A model generated the notes under the pieces. The model saw nothing but the letters and a program-made list of their open reading frames with translations, ran no database searches and was not told the DNA's origin. A stretch of DNA of 64,000 nucleotides from the human T2T-CHM13v2.0 reference genome, Homo sapiens, in the NCBI RefSeq assembly GCF_009914755.1, contig NC_060927.1; one strand, 5' to 3'. This document shows positions 34,976 through 48,019 of the stretch, piece by piece; the first letter of the stretch is position 1, and each line of letters starts with the position of its first letter. A program made the translations under genes and the position numbers.

Positions 34976-36399
34976 GCTACTGGGAAGATAACTACACTAA
35001 CCAGTTTCTCTTATATCAATTTAAAACATAGTTGCTGAAACAATTAGTACTTGTAAACTGTTGTCAGTTACAGATATGGGTCTGCAAAATTTTATTAAGT
35101 ATACACTGAATAAATAATTTTTTTCTGATCCTTCCAAATGAAATCAGCTTATATCCAATAATTAAAGAAATGTTTCTACCTACAGAAAGCCAAATGCAAC
35201 AAAATGAGCACCAACTTGGATTAAGATTTGGAATCATTTTTCCACCTGCTATACAATCTTAGACAAGTCACTTAGATCCACTTTTTCATCTATGAAGTAG
35301 AAAAAATAAAACCATAGTTTACATAGCTATGTAATTCCCAAAAATGTGGTTTAGGGGTTCTGTAAAGTCAGATTAAATTTTAGAGTAGCTGCTCAAGTTA
35401 TCCACTGAATGCGATCACAAGAGCAAAGAGGGAGATCATGGATAATAACTATACTGTTTTTTTTTTTCAAATTGTCTCTCATGTGTGAAAGAAGCCAGGA
35501 CAAGAGGTTTGATCTCCTGGTCTATCGTCCATAAGTGCTAGCAGTAAACAATAACACTCATGGTGTTTGTGGGAGAATTAAAGAGCTCAATAAGAAAGAT
35601 ACACATTTCCTTTATTTTTCTGAATACTGTACTTGGCCTGTGCACCTGAGCTCTGCATCCCTGCCTGTTCTCTGCCTCCCAAGGGTCCTCACCAAAGAAC
35701 TCCTACAGAAAGATCACATATTTGCCAGTGGATTGAGGTTCAACCCCCTCTCACTCCAACCTTCTCTTACCAGAGATCTTCTTGGATTTAAAAACCAGGT
35801 CCCTGATAATCCTTTTAGCTCCTTATCTAAAACATCTCAGTTACCAAATAATTTATCTCAATAGACCAAACCAGAGTTATCAAACCAAAGTACTACAGTG
35901 CTAGGTTTCTTTGCACCTGTATATGTGTAACATGCTAAGACTTGCTGGCATCAAATTCATGGTAATGAAGGAAAAATAAACATAGAGTCAGAGGAATAAT
36001 GGGTAACAATTAAAATACAGTAGGGTAAACTATCAGTACCTCATTTTAGTAGATTTCTTGATGTCATTTCAAGTATTTGCACATATTTAGTCACCAAAGC
36101 AACCCTAAAATTAGGCTAGATAAGCTTATTATCAACACCATTTGAGAAATAAAGATATTGACACACAGAAGTGTAAAGAAAAACAAAGGAAATTGAAGCA
36201 AAGAAACTTTAAACAACTTGAAAAAATAAGTGAGGGTTCATATATCCTAGTTATTAGGCCTATGCTTGGCCCCACAATTATAGTTTAACAATCAAATCCT
36301 GAAATAAGATGACTCCCTCTGATAGTTGAGTTTTTTAAAAGTTCTTTATACAAATATAGTAGAAGTAAATGAATAATTAGACTTCAAGGATAGTAAACA

Positions 36400-37230
36400 C
36401 TCCATTAATTCACTCAACCAATATGTGTTGAGAATCTGCTATGTGGCTGGCACTGTTTTAGGTTGGGGAGTTTAGCAGTGAATGAGGGCAAAAATGCCAT
36501 TCTACCTTTAAAGCTTACATTCTGTCTAGTTGGAGAAGAGTTGATAAATGTGAATATAAATAAATATTTAATACCATGTTGATCATGAAGAAAAATCAAA
36601 TAAGGGAAAGGGATAGAGAATGATAGGATGAGGGATGCTGTTTAAAATTGAATGGTCAACACAAGCCACTCTGAGGAGGTGACATGTGATCTGAGATCTG
36701 AAGAAGGCAAGGCCATGCAACACAATGATCTGGAAGACAGTTCAGGCAAATGGGAAGTCCCAAGGCTGAGAACCAGTTTGGCTTGTTGCAAGATGGCAAG
36801 AAGACCACTGGCCAGAGCCTGGTAACTAAAGAGCAGATGGTGTCAAAGAAGAGAGCGGAGCCAGATCGCTTAGGTCTTGCAGGCTGTGGAGGGGAGTTCA
36901 GAGTTTACATGAACTGGGGTGGGGAGCCACAGGTGGATTTTGAACAGAGTGACAGGATCTGGTCTACTTCTTTAAATCATTACTCTGGTTTCTCTGAGGA
37001 GATTGGACTCCGCACATGAATGGAGACAGGGAGGTAAGGCAGTGGTCCAGGCAAAACATGATCGGTGCCCAGTGACTCAGGATACATTTTCATTAAAGAG
37101 ATCATAAAACTTGCAGATGGATTGGATGTGTGAGAAGAAGAGATATCGAGAATGTCTCCTGCACTTTGAGCCTGAGCAACTAGATAAGTACGAATACCAT
37201 TTATCAAAATAGGGGAGCTTGGGGTAGAAT
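36400..37230 (-). mobile_element. L2 LINE fragment
   Basis: attcactcaaccaatatgtgttgag...ctgaggaggtgacatgtgatctgagatctgaag...gatggattggatgtg...ttgagcctgagcaactag. Confidence 0.8.
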
Positions 37231-39012
37231 CATTTTCTGAATCTTATAATCCTCCAATTGTACCAGTGAACTCAATTTGAGAATTCATTTTTGAAAGTGA
37301 AAAAGACTTTTAGTCCAAGAATCTTTAGAAAATGTCACCACCTGTTTTAGGATAAGCCATGTATAGCAATAATTATATTCTGCCACATGGAGTATTCCAC
37401 TCTTAGAATTCTGAACCAGACCATGGTCCTGATATGATGTAATATTTTTAAGTGTTCCTTTGTAAAAATAGTTTCAAAGACTCATGAATTATAAAATCAT
37501 GCCTCCTGTTTAGGACATGTTTATAAATATGAATAATAGAAGCTTAGCTCCTAACTATTTCAAGAAGTACAAGGAAAACGTCCACAGTTCAGTTAAAAAG
37601 AATGTTAAATATCGGCCTGAGATTTATACTCTTGAGAAATAAATGTTACAGTAGAAATGGGAAGAAATGTGCTTGGTCTCTGAGCCAGTGGTTCTTTTAT
37701 GGGAACCAGGGTCTTCAATTTCCAGGCAGCTACGCTGTGCTGAACTTGGACTCAAAGATTTGGGGACAGTACCATCACGTCACCTAAGCATGATCAAGAA
37801 AACACTCACTTTGGGGATACAAACGTCTTAGCCAAAATCAGCAGTAAATCCAGCATAGAGCCAAAACTATGTAAACAGTAGTGTAAAGATCCATATGCAG
37901 AGAAAACTGAAGGATCACTAAATTCCAAGGAAATGTGGTTTCTTTTTCAGTCCCTACTTTTTACAGAGAATGCTCCTTTTAAATATTTTAGCTTCTCTGA
38001 TGGATCTGAATTAGCTATGGTCATTTTTGTAGATGAAGAAGAAACGAAATTCTAATGGCATATAAACTCTAGAAAGACAGGGACTTTTCTGTCTTCTTGC
38101 TGTATCCCCAGCAATTAGAACTGCACCTGGCAAATAGTTGGCATTCAGCAAATCTTTGTTGAATAAAGAAATGAATAAAGAAAAGCTTGAATAAATTGCT
38201 GAATTTAAAGGGGAAAAATAAATTAGACAGGAATCTTTTCTTTCTACTTGTTTTTATATCAAAATTCATTTTGTCAGGTGAAACCTAATAAAAATGTTGG
38301 GAGAAACTTTTCTTCCTCGGGGTGCAACTCTTGTCTAATACACTCTTTCTCTGGTGTCACAGTTAACCTCTTGTTGACCATTCATGACATTGACTAAGCA
38401 TTAACAGATTTTTATCTTAGGTTCCTACAGATTTTATGGGGTCTACATTTCTCACCCATTCTTCATACTCTTTGTTGGGGAGCACTGCCGACCTGAAAAG
38501 TTAAACAAATAACTACATAATTGTCAGGCTGGTAGCCCCAAAAGATGACTTCTTTTGACTGCCTTATTAATTCTGTCTAATCTTCTAAGATCCATGTCTA
38601 AGATTCTAGCCTGACTTAAACTTATATCAGTTCATTTACCTTTATCAGTTCTGACCTCATGCTCAGGGCTGGCCTTTTTTCCATCACCATCATTTTATCT
38701 GCCGTAGCTATTGAGTACCTATGGATGAAAACTAGTAAAGAAATAAAAATGAGAAATGAAGAAGGAATTGAATGGGATACATCTGTTCCCAAACTAAGGC
38801 CCTTTTCAGAAAGTATTTAATGAGAAAACAGAAGCCTCACATTTTTACAGCATAGAATCTAGACTGGATTTTAGAGGCTACTGTCACTCAGCCTGATCAG
38901 CATGAATCTATCCTTGTATCAAGTGTTCCTTGAGATCTTTGAATCTAAAACCTTTTAAAATTTGTATAAGTTATTCTAAAGTGAGAAAATAAATAGAATA
39001 GAATACATTCTT

Positions 39013-39087
39013 TTAGGTTGATACCAAAGTAATCATGGTTTTTGCCACTACTTTCAATGGCAAAAACTTACTTTTGCATCAAGCTCA
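39013..39087. mobile_element. MADE1 MITE (Hsmar1-derived, palindromic)
   Basis: ttaggttgataccaaagtaatcatggtttttgccactactttcaatggcaaaaac--ttacttttgcatcaagctca matches the ~80-bp MADE1 palindrome, with a short deletion in the right arm and TA at 39088-39089. Confidence 0.9.
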
Positions 39088-39589
39088 TAGTAGAACATTA
39101 CAGAGAGATAAAATAAATCTTTCTCATCTCGCCTTTTGGTGACATCACACTTTAAAAATAGGTATGAGCAGGAGCCCAAAGGAGGAATTTCAGTTAGGCT
39201 AATCGGCTTACAAGTAGAATGTCTTCCAGGATTCAAGAACTTTTGGCAAACATTAGTTAGCACATTCTTACTAAAAGGTAAAAACCTTTTTTTTCTTTGT
39301 CAGGTTTTAAATGACACTTGAGAGGGAAACTCTCCAAACCATAGCCAAAAGCAGGTTAATCTAACTTCCCCCAGCCAGCTCAAGATCAATGAAAAAGTTA
39401 GCCCTGAGGAGTTCAGGATGTTAATTGTGAAACATAATTCCATTACATTTATGGCTGTATAAACTGAGCAGAGCTCCTCTTGAATATTATGAGGTGTTCT
39501 TTGCAGTGCGGGCAATTGGTTATACTGGATGCTGTAACAGATACTTTATTGAAAAGAACCACAGTTTAATCACAAGCTGTTCATTAGGA

Positions 39590-39770
39590 CTGTGGTTCTC
39601 AATCTTTATGGGACATAAAAATCAACTAGAGCATGCTTGTAGAAAATGCAGATGTCTGGTCCACTCCCCAAGCCTTTCTAATCACGTTCCATGTAGAGAA
39701 GACTGGGAACCAGGAAGGCAAGTGAGTAAGATACAAGTCGTCTGTAAACCACACATTGAGAAATACTTCA
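39590..39770. mobile_element. MER5-family fossil
   Basis: ctgtggttctcaatc...aaaatgcagatg...accacacattgagaaatact. Confidence 0.6.
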
Positions 39771-39989
39771 CTGAAGTCTGATTTGAGCACCTTGAAGTCA
39801 GGTCTCTCTCTTTATAAACCTTAATTCCCTGCACCTACCACTGAGACTGGAACCTGGTAGACACTCAATGAATATTTAGTGAATTCAAAACAATTAGCCT
39901 TTATAGATGCCAGGCACTGTTCTAAGCACTCTACACATACTAGCTCATTTAGTCCTTATAATAAAGGACTATTATTGGCCTTGACACTT

Positions 39990-40315
39990 GTTGAACACTC
40001 TGCCTGTACACTGTCCAGAGAGTCATATGGCTGGCTTCTTTCAGCTGCCACCTCCTCAGGAAAACCCTTCTTGACAGCCCATCTAAAGTTGCATCGATCC
40101 TACTCCCAACCCATCACAAGAGCCTGTTCCTTTTTTTTTTTTTTTTTTAAGCAGTTACCTCTATCTAAAATTATTTTGTTTGGTTTATTGTCTTGCTCCC
40201 TTCACTAAAATACAAGCTCCATGAGAACAGGAATCTCACCAATCTTATTTGTCACTGTCTAGAAGTACAGTGCCTGAATCACAGTAGACGGTAAGAAAAT
40301 ATTTGTTAAATTAAT
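39990..40315 (+). mobile_element. L2 3' region
   Basis: ccacctcctcaggaaaacccttcttgac...aagctccatgagaacagg...cagtgcctgaatcacagtag...aaatatttgttaaatt. Confidence 0.8.
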
Positions 40316-42736
40316 GCATTTAGCAAATGCATAACAAATGAAAAGCAAAGGAGTTGTATTTGCTATGTAATTTCTCAGTTCTCTCAGAGCTTCTAAAATT
40401 TATAAGGCTAAAAAGCGACAGAAAGACTTCTATCCTAGAAATATCCTCGAAATGATTTCCTAAACTACCCTGTCCCAAGTCATAGCATAAACATGAGAAA
40501 AAGGGAAAACTACATAAGGGCTAAAATATCTGGGTAGATTTTTCATTCTATGATTCAATATTTTGCTTGAAATGAACTCTTAGGATGTCAGACACATCCA
40601 TGTTCAAACATAAGTAAAAAACACATGCCAAGATCAAATGTACAAGATTTTCAGATTAACCAATGTTTTTTTAGACACACAATGACTCTGCTTTATTAGT
40701 TTGAAAAGCTGTATCTACATGACACCAAAAGAGCTAGTTAAATCAATAAAACTCAAGCCAGTTGTTTCAACCGTAAAAAGAATAGATAGAACAATTCACT
40801 TCAAATGATGACTGTGCCAAACTCATTGATTGTATTGCTTTGTGCCAACAAAATCACCCTCAGGAGCTGACTGGCTGTAGGCTTGGGAGAGAACATTTTA
40901 AATGGGTTTCTCCTACCGTGTGATCATGGTTCTTTGAAAGGGGCCACTTGGCTAACCAAACCCATGTAGTATTTCTACCATGGACAATCACATCACTCTC
41001 TTCCTCTTCTTTATATATGTTTTTGAGTCTCAGGCAAATGAGAGTAAGGCCTAGGAATTGCTGCTATATGAAGCAATTTTTACCACTTCTACTAAAATGT
41101 CAGACAGTGAATATTGTCAGTGATGTTGTTGGATAGAAAACACTCAAAATCAACTAGAGACTCAAAAAAAAAAAGTTTTCCTTGTTTTATTTTGAGAATG
41201 TCTTTTCACTGTGCTCATGAGGGAGTTGGCCAGACCTGGGTTGGCTTCATTAGCCATCTCAGAGCACGTGAATACATCATAGAAAAATCTTTCCATCTTT
41301 GAGGAATTCCTGGTCTCCAATCACATTCATTTCAGTCAGTCATTGAGGCTTAGCATGAAACTTGGAAGTACCAAAATAAATGGAGAAAAAGAGGCAGAGG
41401 GAGGAGTACAAACAGTGAGGTGGCTCTACTAGGCAAAGAAAAGATATTTTCTTTGCAAAGAACTTCAGCTAGAAAGAATTTTGCTGCCCCCTCTCCCATA
41501 GAGAAATATTAAATATTTAGTCAGAATATTTTAAAAGATAGATAGGAATTTTTTTATTCTAAAAATGTCCAAGGACAATCTAGTCGAGAATGAACATAAA
41601 TTCTATGTCCACAACCCAAACCCTCAAAACCATCTGAGTTAACTCAAAGCCAGGTTTAGCACATTTTGCTTACCATTTTCTGAGCTAAACATGATTTGGA
41701 TTACAAATTTCTCTGACATTCATGTGTAGACCTGAGAGACTGTCATTTCCTTATCAGAAGCAACAGGAGAAATTCTAACTATGAAGACTCACAGAGATTT
41801 ATCGCCTCCATTCCCAGCCTGACATTTGGCTCAGCACAGAGGGTAGGCAGCCAAAAAGAAGTCCTCTGCTAAGGTATGAAGGGAATTGGCTGCTTGCAAA
41901 GTCCAGACTTGGGAGTAACACAAACAGGGCTTTTACATAGCCAGCAAAGCCTCGTCTGTTTGAAGTCAGATCAATTGATTTCTTGAACATTTCAAATAAG
42001 CAAAATTCTGCAGAAAATAGGAGCCAGATGAATTTTTAACTCAGGAGTTCCTTGGAAGAGAGGTAGAAAATAGTCAAAGAACGTCTTCTAGTTTCACATT
42101 TGCTCTCCCAATAGACTTACTCTCCAGAACTATACCCACATGACATGTATATAGAAACAATGATTGAATAAACTTGAGGGGTAGACTTTTTCTTATTGAA
42201 ATAAAAAAAGAAACACTATACGTCTGATATAAATATATACCAATTTCTCTTAAAATACTATACTGATTTTGAAGGAGCTCCAAAACACTTACCATCTATT
42301 GTGGACCTGGCACTGTCTTGGCAATTTTTGCAAACCTCAAATGCTAGTTATTATTTTCATGGTACACCTAAAGAAACTGAGGTTTATGGTGATTCTGTAA
42401 CTTGGCAGAGGACACAATGATTGTAAATGAAGAGACTGAGATTGACTCCTCAAAGCAGTCCCCAGCTGATTCTCGGAGTTGAAATTGAAATGGAAAGAAT
42501 CAGATTTCTAAGACTAAGTTTCTTCTCTACTTGCTATTGCTAGTTTGCACCTCCTTGCACATGATACAGGAATAAATTCGCAGCCTGTGTTGAAGCTGTA
42601 ACTACTAGGTTAGGATTAGTCAGGCAGTTGTGTGTATGTCAGGAATGCTACCTCGCCAAGCAGGAGCAGCCTGTGCACAAGTTTCCCCAGGAACAATAAG
42701 GGGACAAAAATGGAGTCCTTCCCTCTCTCCAATACT

Positions 42737-42784
42737 CTCTGACTTTAGATATCTAGATATCTCTGGCTTTAGATATCTAGAGAA
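42737..42784. repeat. 24-bp tandem duplication with the 16-bp perfect palindrome AGATATCTAGATATCT at the junction
   Basis: ctctgactttagatatctagatat / ctctggctttagatatctagagaa. Confidence 0.85.
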
Positions 42785-43322
42785 AACACGTGGAACATGA
42801 AAAGAAGAAAACAGACACCCTCTCATATCTAGTTGTTATCTTGTTAACACCTTGTTCTTTGTACTTGTGACTTTTACAGAAGATGAAATACTTCTTTTCT
42901 CTTAATTTCACATATGCTGCTCAGAAGCCCCCAGGTTTCGTGGAATTTTTATTAAGAATTCCAGCTATTCCAGCAATAAATTTTAGACACCACAGCTTTG
43001 GCTGACAGAGAGGCGATACATACCATGTTTGGTACAACTGACCTCGAGGGATTTTTCTCTCTGCTTTCTTCTGCTTTTTCTTCTAGTGAAACTGTCCTGT
43101 TATTGGTTTTTATTAATATGATCATATTTTCCCTTCTCAGAAATATCATTTTTGAGATAAGGAAATAATAAAAATGGTAATAGATAGTCATCGCTGGTAT
43201 TTTGTTGGCTCTCCTCTGCTCTTGTATTTGAACTGGCTGCTCTGTTTCTTGAGCACTTTGATACCAACAAAGAAAATCACGCACATTTTAGTGTGGGCTT
43301 TTTAATGTGTATCTATGTTAAT

Positions 43323-43944
43323 CAGGCCCACTCCTAACATTTGTCATGCTTTGGGCAAAAGTACAAATAAAGGTCGAGATACCGTACTTAAATACTTAAA
43401 AGTTATCAGTTGAGTTAACAAACTGCTAAAAAAAATTATGTTCTATCCTTCTGCCTTGTCAGTATGTCTTCATATCAAGCTGGGAGGTAAAGTTCAAATT
43501 TTCAGACTCTTTGGAGTTCTGAATGCGAAGATGCAGGGAGACCAGCCTGCTGCTGAGTTCTTTTGTTCCCACCCTCAACTCTGCCATGGACCACAACAGA
43601 TTTCACAGCCATGCATGTGAACATCCCATTCACAGAGCAAAACTCTATCCACAGCCTCCAGCAAACAGCTGTTCCCTAGCCCCACGTTGGTCCTAGGCTT
43701 GCACCCCAGTGATACAGTGTATGTCAAGAGGCAGGACCCTGAACAAAAGCCTGTGCAGACACTGGAAAGGGTTTAAGATCATCTGCATAGAGAATTCCAG
43801 GATCCTGTGCATCCAGAGCATGGTCGAGGAGTGTGGGCTCTGCATGGCACAATCCTTTGGCTTCTCACCCCATGGCAGCTGGGGGAGACATGGCTGGAGG
43901 ACAGTCAGACCAAAGGCTCCTCTTGGCCCAACCTGGGTAGTACT
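43323..43944 (+). mobile_element. FordPrefect-like (hAT-Tip100) DNA transposon fossil
   Basis: gggcaaaagtacaaat...aaatacttaaaagttat...aacaaactg...tatgttctatccttctgccttg at the left end and gaattccaggatcctg...ggctcctcttggccc...gtagtact at the right end resemble the recalled consensus. Confidence 0.55.
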
Positions 43945-44474
43945 TGGAGTTAATGTCCCCTTTGTTGTAATGAATAAGTGGGAATCAACCTCTTTAACTG
44001 CACGCTTTTCATTCATACCTTCTAGGTGGCAGAGAAAGGTATTTCAAAAGAGATTTGGAACTAGAAATTCAAGATCCCTAGCTTCATATAAGGCAAGATA
44101 TCTGCACCTTGGTATCACTAAGGATTATGCAACTTGCTCTTTGAATTGCAAGTGCAGTCATCTGATTTCCTGCCCCAGTTTCCAATGGTCCAAAGCCAAT
44201 GAAGAAACAGAGCCTGTTATATATTCCAAAGGAGACATCATAACAATGAATTATTATCTAACATAGAAATAACTTTAATTAAGAGGAGAGAATACAAGCT
44301 CATATTTCATTGTCATAAATTTCTTTAGAAGACAAAATAAGCAGAAGTCAGAGAAATGTACTCTGGGAGATGAGAGGGAAGGATGGGTTCCTTGGGTTTA
44401 CATTTGTTCTAAGTAAGATAGGCTGTGCACCTCCTGCCTGTCTAAACCTCTGAATCCACTCCTGCCTCTACCAG

Positions 44475-44760
44475 TAATGATAACAATAATAATAACACTT
44501 AATACCTACATCGCACTTACTTCATGCCGGACATCATTCTAAACACTTTACATGCATATACTTATTTAATCTGCATTAAAGTCCTATGAGGTCGGTATTA
44601 TTATTATTATCCTCATTTTCTGGAAAAGGAAAATGAGGCACAAAAACATTTTTGGAAAAAAAAAACAAACTTTCCCTAAAGTCATGTAGGTAATAGTGTT
44701 CAGAGCTGGGGTTTTAACCCAGGCAGTGTGGCTCTACAATCCATGCACCCAGTACCATGT
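44475..44760 (-). mobile_element. MIR
   Basis: gcacttacttcatgccggacatcattctaaacactttacatgc...cctatgaggtcggtattatt...gaaaatgaggcac...agagctggggttttaacccaggcagtgtggctc. Confidence 0.85.
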
Positions 44761-44768
44761 TCTGCTTC

Positions 44769-45084
44769 CTGAGGTGGTCTACCACCCAAGGACTAGCCAG
44801 CTCAGCCAATTGGTCACCATCTACTCTGCCGTGATTCCCCAAGTAACCATGCATTTGACCCCAGTAGTTGGAGGCCTCACCTAGAAAAACTGTCTCTTTG
44901 GCTGACCTGAGATTTCTTGCTTTCACCTGGGGTGATCTACCACCCAAGGACTAGCCAGCTCAGCCAATTGGTCACCATCTACTCCGCCAGGCTTCCCCAA
45001 GTAACCATGCATTTGACTCCAGTAGTTGGAGGCTTGACCTAGAAGAACTGTTTCGTTGGCTGACCCAGGATTTCTTGCTTTCTC
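44769..45084. repeat. 158-bp tandem duplication (2 copies, ~90% identical)
   Basis: Units start at 44769 and 44927 and share ctaccacccaaggactagccagctcagccaattggtcaccatctactc...ccccaagtaaccatgcatttgac...gatttcttgctttc. Confidence 0.95.
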
Positions 45085-45534
45085 TGTGGTAAGAACAGCC
45101 TCCTCCTCCTCAGGCCCAGTGACTATCACCCACCAGAGGCCTGGAAAACCATATCACGCCCAAATTCTCTTAACACCTAACTGAACTTTTTATATAGAAG
45201 CTTTGTGCATAAGAATTTTCTTATTTTCTTAAGGTTCACAAAACATTAGAGATTGTGCCTTATTTTTGTTTCCAATTTACAGTAGAGTTCTTTGCATGTA
45301 AGAGGTATCCAGAGATTTCTTAATAAATAAAGTCCTGCTGTATTCTTCAATAACTCTGAGTTTTAATCTGGCAGCTCAATGAATATAAAGAGCAGAACAA
45401 CATTAGTATAAATTTCAAATTCAATTATGAGTTACATGAATATGAAAAGTATTTATGTGCCCCTGTACATATATGTGTGTGCGTGTACACCACGATCTAT
45501 TCAATATTCAAAGTTCCCATTCAAACAAGTAATA

Positions 45535-45940
45535 TGTTGTTAGTAGTTAAGTGCTTAGAACCTGGAGGTAGATTCCCTGAGCTCAAATTCCAGTCCTGTT
45601 ACTTACTGACTGTAGGATTTTTGACATGCTATTTAAAACCTCTGTGCCTTGAATGCCACATAGATAAGTAAGAATAATTATGGTAGTAGCTTTCAGTCAG
45701 GCAGATTTTTCTTTTTTTTCTTTTTTTTCTTTTTTTTTTTTTTTTTTGAGATGGAGTCTCCCTCTGTCGCCCAGGCCGGAGTGCAGTGGCGAGATCTTGG
45801 TTCATCTGCAACCTCTGCAGTCAGGCAGATTTTTCTAAGAATTAAATAAGTTAACCAATATAGGTGCTTAAATCAATTAATCAATGTAAAGTGCTTTTAA
45901 CAGTGTCTGGCCAATAGTAAGTTCTCCATAAATGTTAGCT
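45535..45940 (+). mobile_element. MIR interrupted by a truncated Alu
   Basis: gtagttaagtgcttagaacctggag...acttactgactgt... then taagaattaaataagttaa...gtaaagtgcttttaacagtgtctggccaatagtaag. Confidence 0.75.
45713..45817 (-). mobile_element. Severely 5'-truncated Alu (last ~70 nt plus tail)
   Basis: Perfect 19-bp TSD cagtcaggcagatttttct at 45694-45712 and 45818-45836. Confidence 0.95.
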
Positions 45941-47169
45941 GTCATGTCAAACCATCCCGTAATTCAAGTATAAATATGGTACCATTCAACACATAAAATA
46001 GTTGCATTTTTTAAGGGATTGATGAAGTTGTTAACCATACTTTCTCTTTATGGTTATTAAGAGAACAGTTATTAATAATAATAGTTAACAGAAAAAAATA
46101 ACAAAGATGATACAACAAGGAATAACAGAATATAATACATGCTGCATTGGCCACCAAGTGTAGGCAATGTAACAAGTTACATTATGAAATGGCTCACAGA
46201 GACATGGTCTTGGCTATCAACATTATCAGCTGATTCACTATTCCCCTCTGTCTTAAAGGAAGCTTCACCCTTCTCAGAATAACAGGAAGCAGAGACTTCA
46301 ATCTTAGCTCCAGTCTGGTAAACTGCTCAAACTCACACCAACCAACAGCAAGAGAATGAACTTCACAATCCCCAGCCAACATCCCATCCATTCAGCAAAG
46401 GGTATCTAGTAGAACAGGGAATACAATGAGAATCCACAATAATGTCGTGTTTTGTTTACACTCTACAATGAAGCCAGAGGGAATTATAGCAGGACTGCTG
46501 TATCCAAGATGTTTCAAAGTATATGCACCAGTCTAATCCTTTTTGGAGGCCAAATTCCTTCTTTTGTGATGTTAACATTTGCTGTACAAACCCTCCCAAA
46601 TTCGTCCCCAGGCCTTCTTCAATGTAAAGCTTGGAACACTTCTTATTCTACATCTAGTTCTAGTTTACATCATTAGGATGTGGTATTTTCTCAATATCAT
46701 TCACATAAGTCAGGGATCCCTGTAACCAGAGTAATGCTCAATTGCTCCTTTAACTCCTTTTGGTCAAATCTATGTTCTTGGCACCCAACCTAAGAATGTT
46801 AACATTTTGTGGTTACTAGATGTTTTTAATACCATTCTCTTCTCTAACACAACAGATTTATCTTCTGATGCCTTATCAAAATTACTAAAATTACATTCCA
46901 ATTTCAGAAAAGTGTACTAAATACCATTCAATGCAACATAAAGTGGCTGTGACCACAGGTATTTTCTTTCTTAGGCTAATATATAGTATTTATATATCAA
47001 ATGTTAGCTCAACAAACCCAGGAGATATTACTTCTTTTAAGGACAATTTTGTTCATAGATATGCCGAAGGTACCAGAGCTGGTTGGTAAAAAGAATATTA
47101 ATATCCTATTGGATCCTGGAACCACAGTAATGGCAAGAATACAAAGGCTATATACTGTATATTAGTCAA

Positions 47170-47370
47170 GCTACCCTTTATTGAGTTTCTGCTAATTGTC
47201 AGGCATCACCATTTGTTACCAAATACGATCCCCATAGGGATTATTATTCCCATTTTTCATGCTAAGATATGGCTGTGTATTCCCTAAGGTTACACAGCTG
47301 ATCAGTGACAAAGCCAGGATCCAAATCCAGGTGGCTAGGACCCTGCAGCCCATAGGCTCTTTCCACCTTG
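47170..47370 (-). mobile_element. MIR
   Basis: ttattattcccattttt...cctaaggttacacagctgatcagtgacaaagccaggatccaaatccagg. Confidence 0.7.
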
Positions 47371-47684
47371 CAGGCCACCTGACAGCACATGATCCCCAAT
47401 CACTGAGGCATACTTGGGAAAGAAGAACTGAGACTTAACAGCTCACTCAATCCATGCACTTAAGGCTGGGAAGCAAATTATCACTACAATTATCTGGAGA
47501 AGGAAAAGTAAACTTTTATATTCTTTCCTCATTAATATAATCCTTTAACAATACTTCATTTTCCCCTAGTGTTTTCTTTGAGAAAGAATATAATCAACCT
47601 CAAGGAAAAATGTGAAGCTATTAAAATTAATATTCACCATAATAATTGGACTTGACTCTCAGAAGCCAGTACCACTGACAGTTA

Positions 47685-48019
<335 letters not shown>

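Noticed and set aside
39013-39089. Calling an annotated MIR548 gene
   Set aside because: Thousands of MADE1 copies exist, this one has a damaged stem, and I cannot match it to a named locus.
43709-44266. 185-aa ORF
   Set aside because: Non-ATG start, begins inside a DNA-transposon fossil, no recognisable domain.
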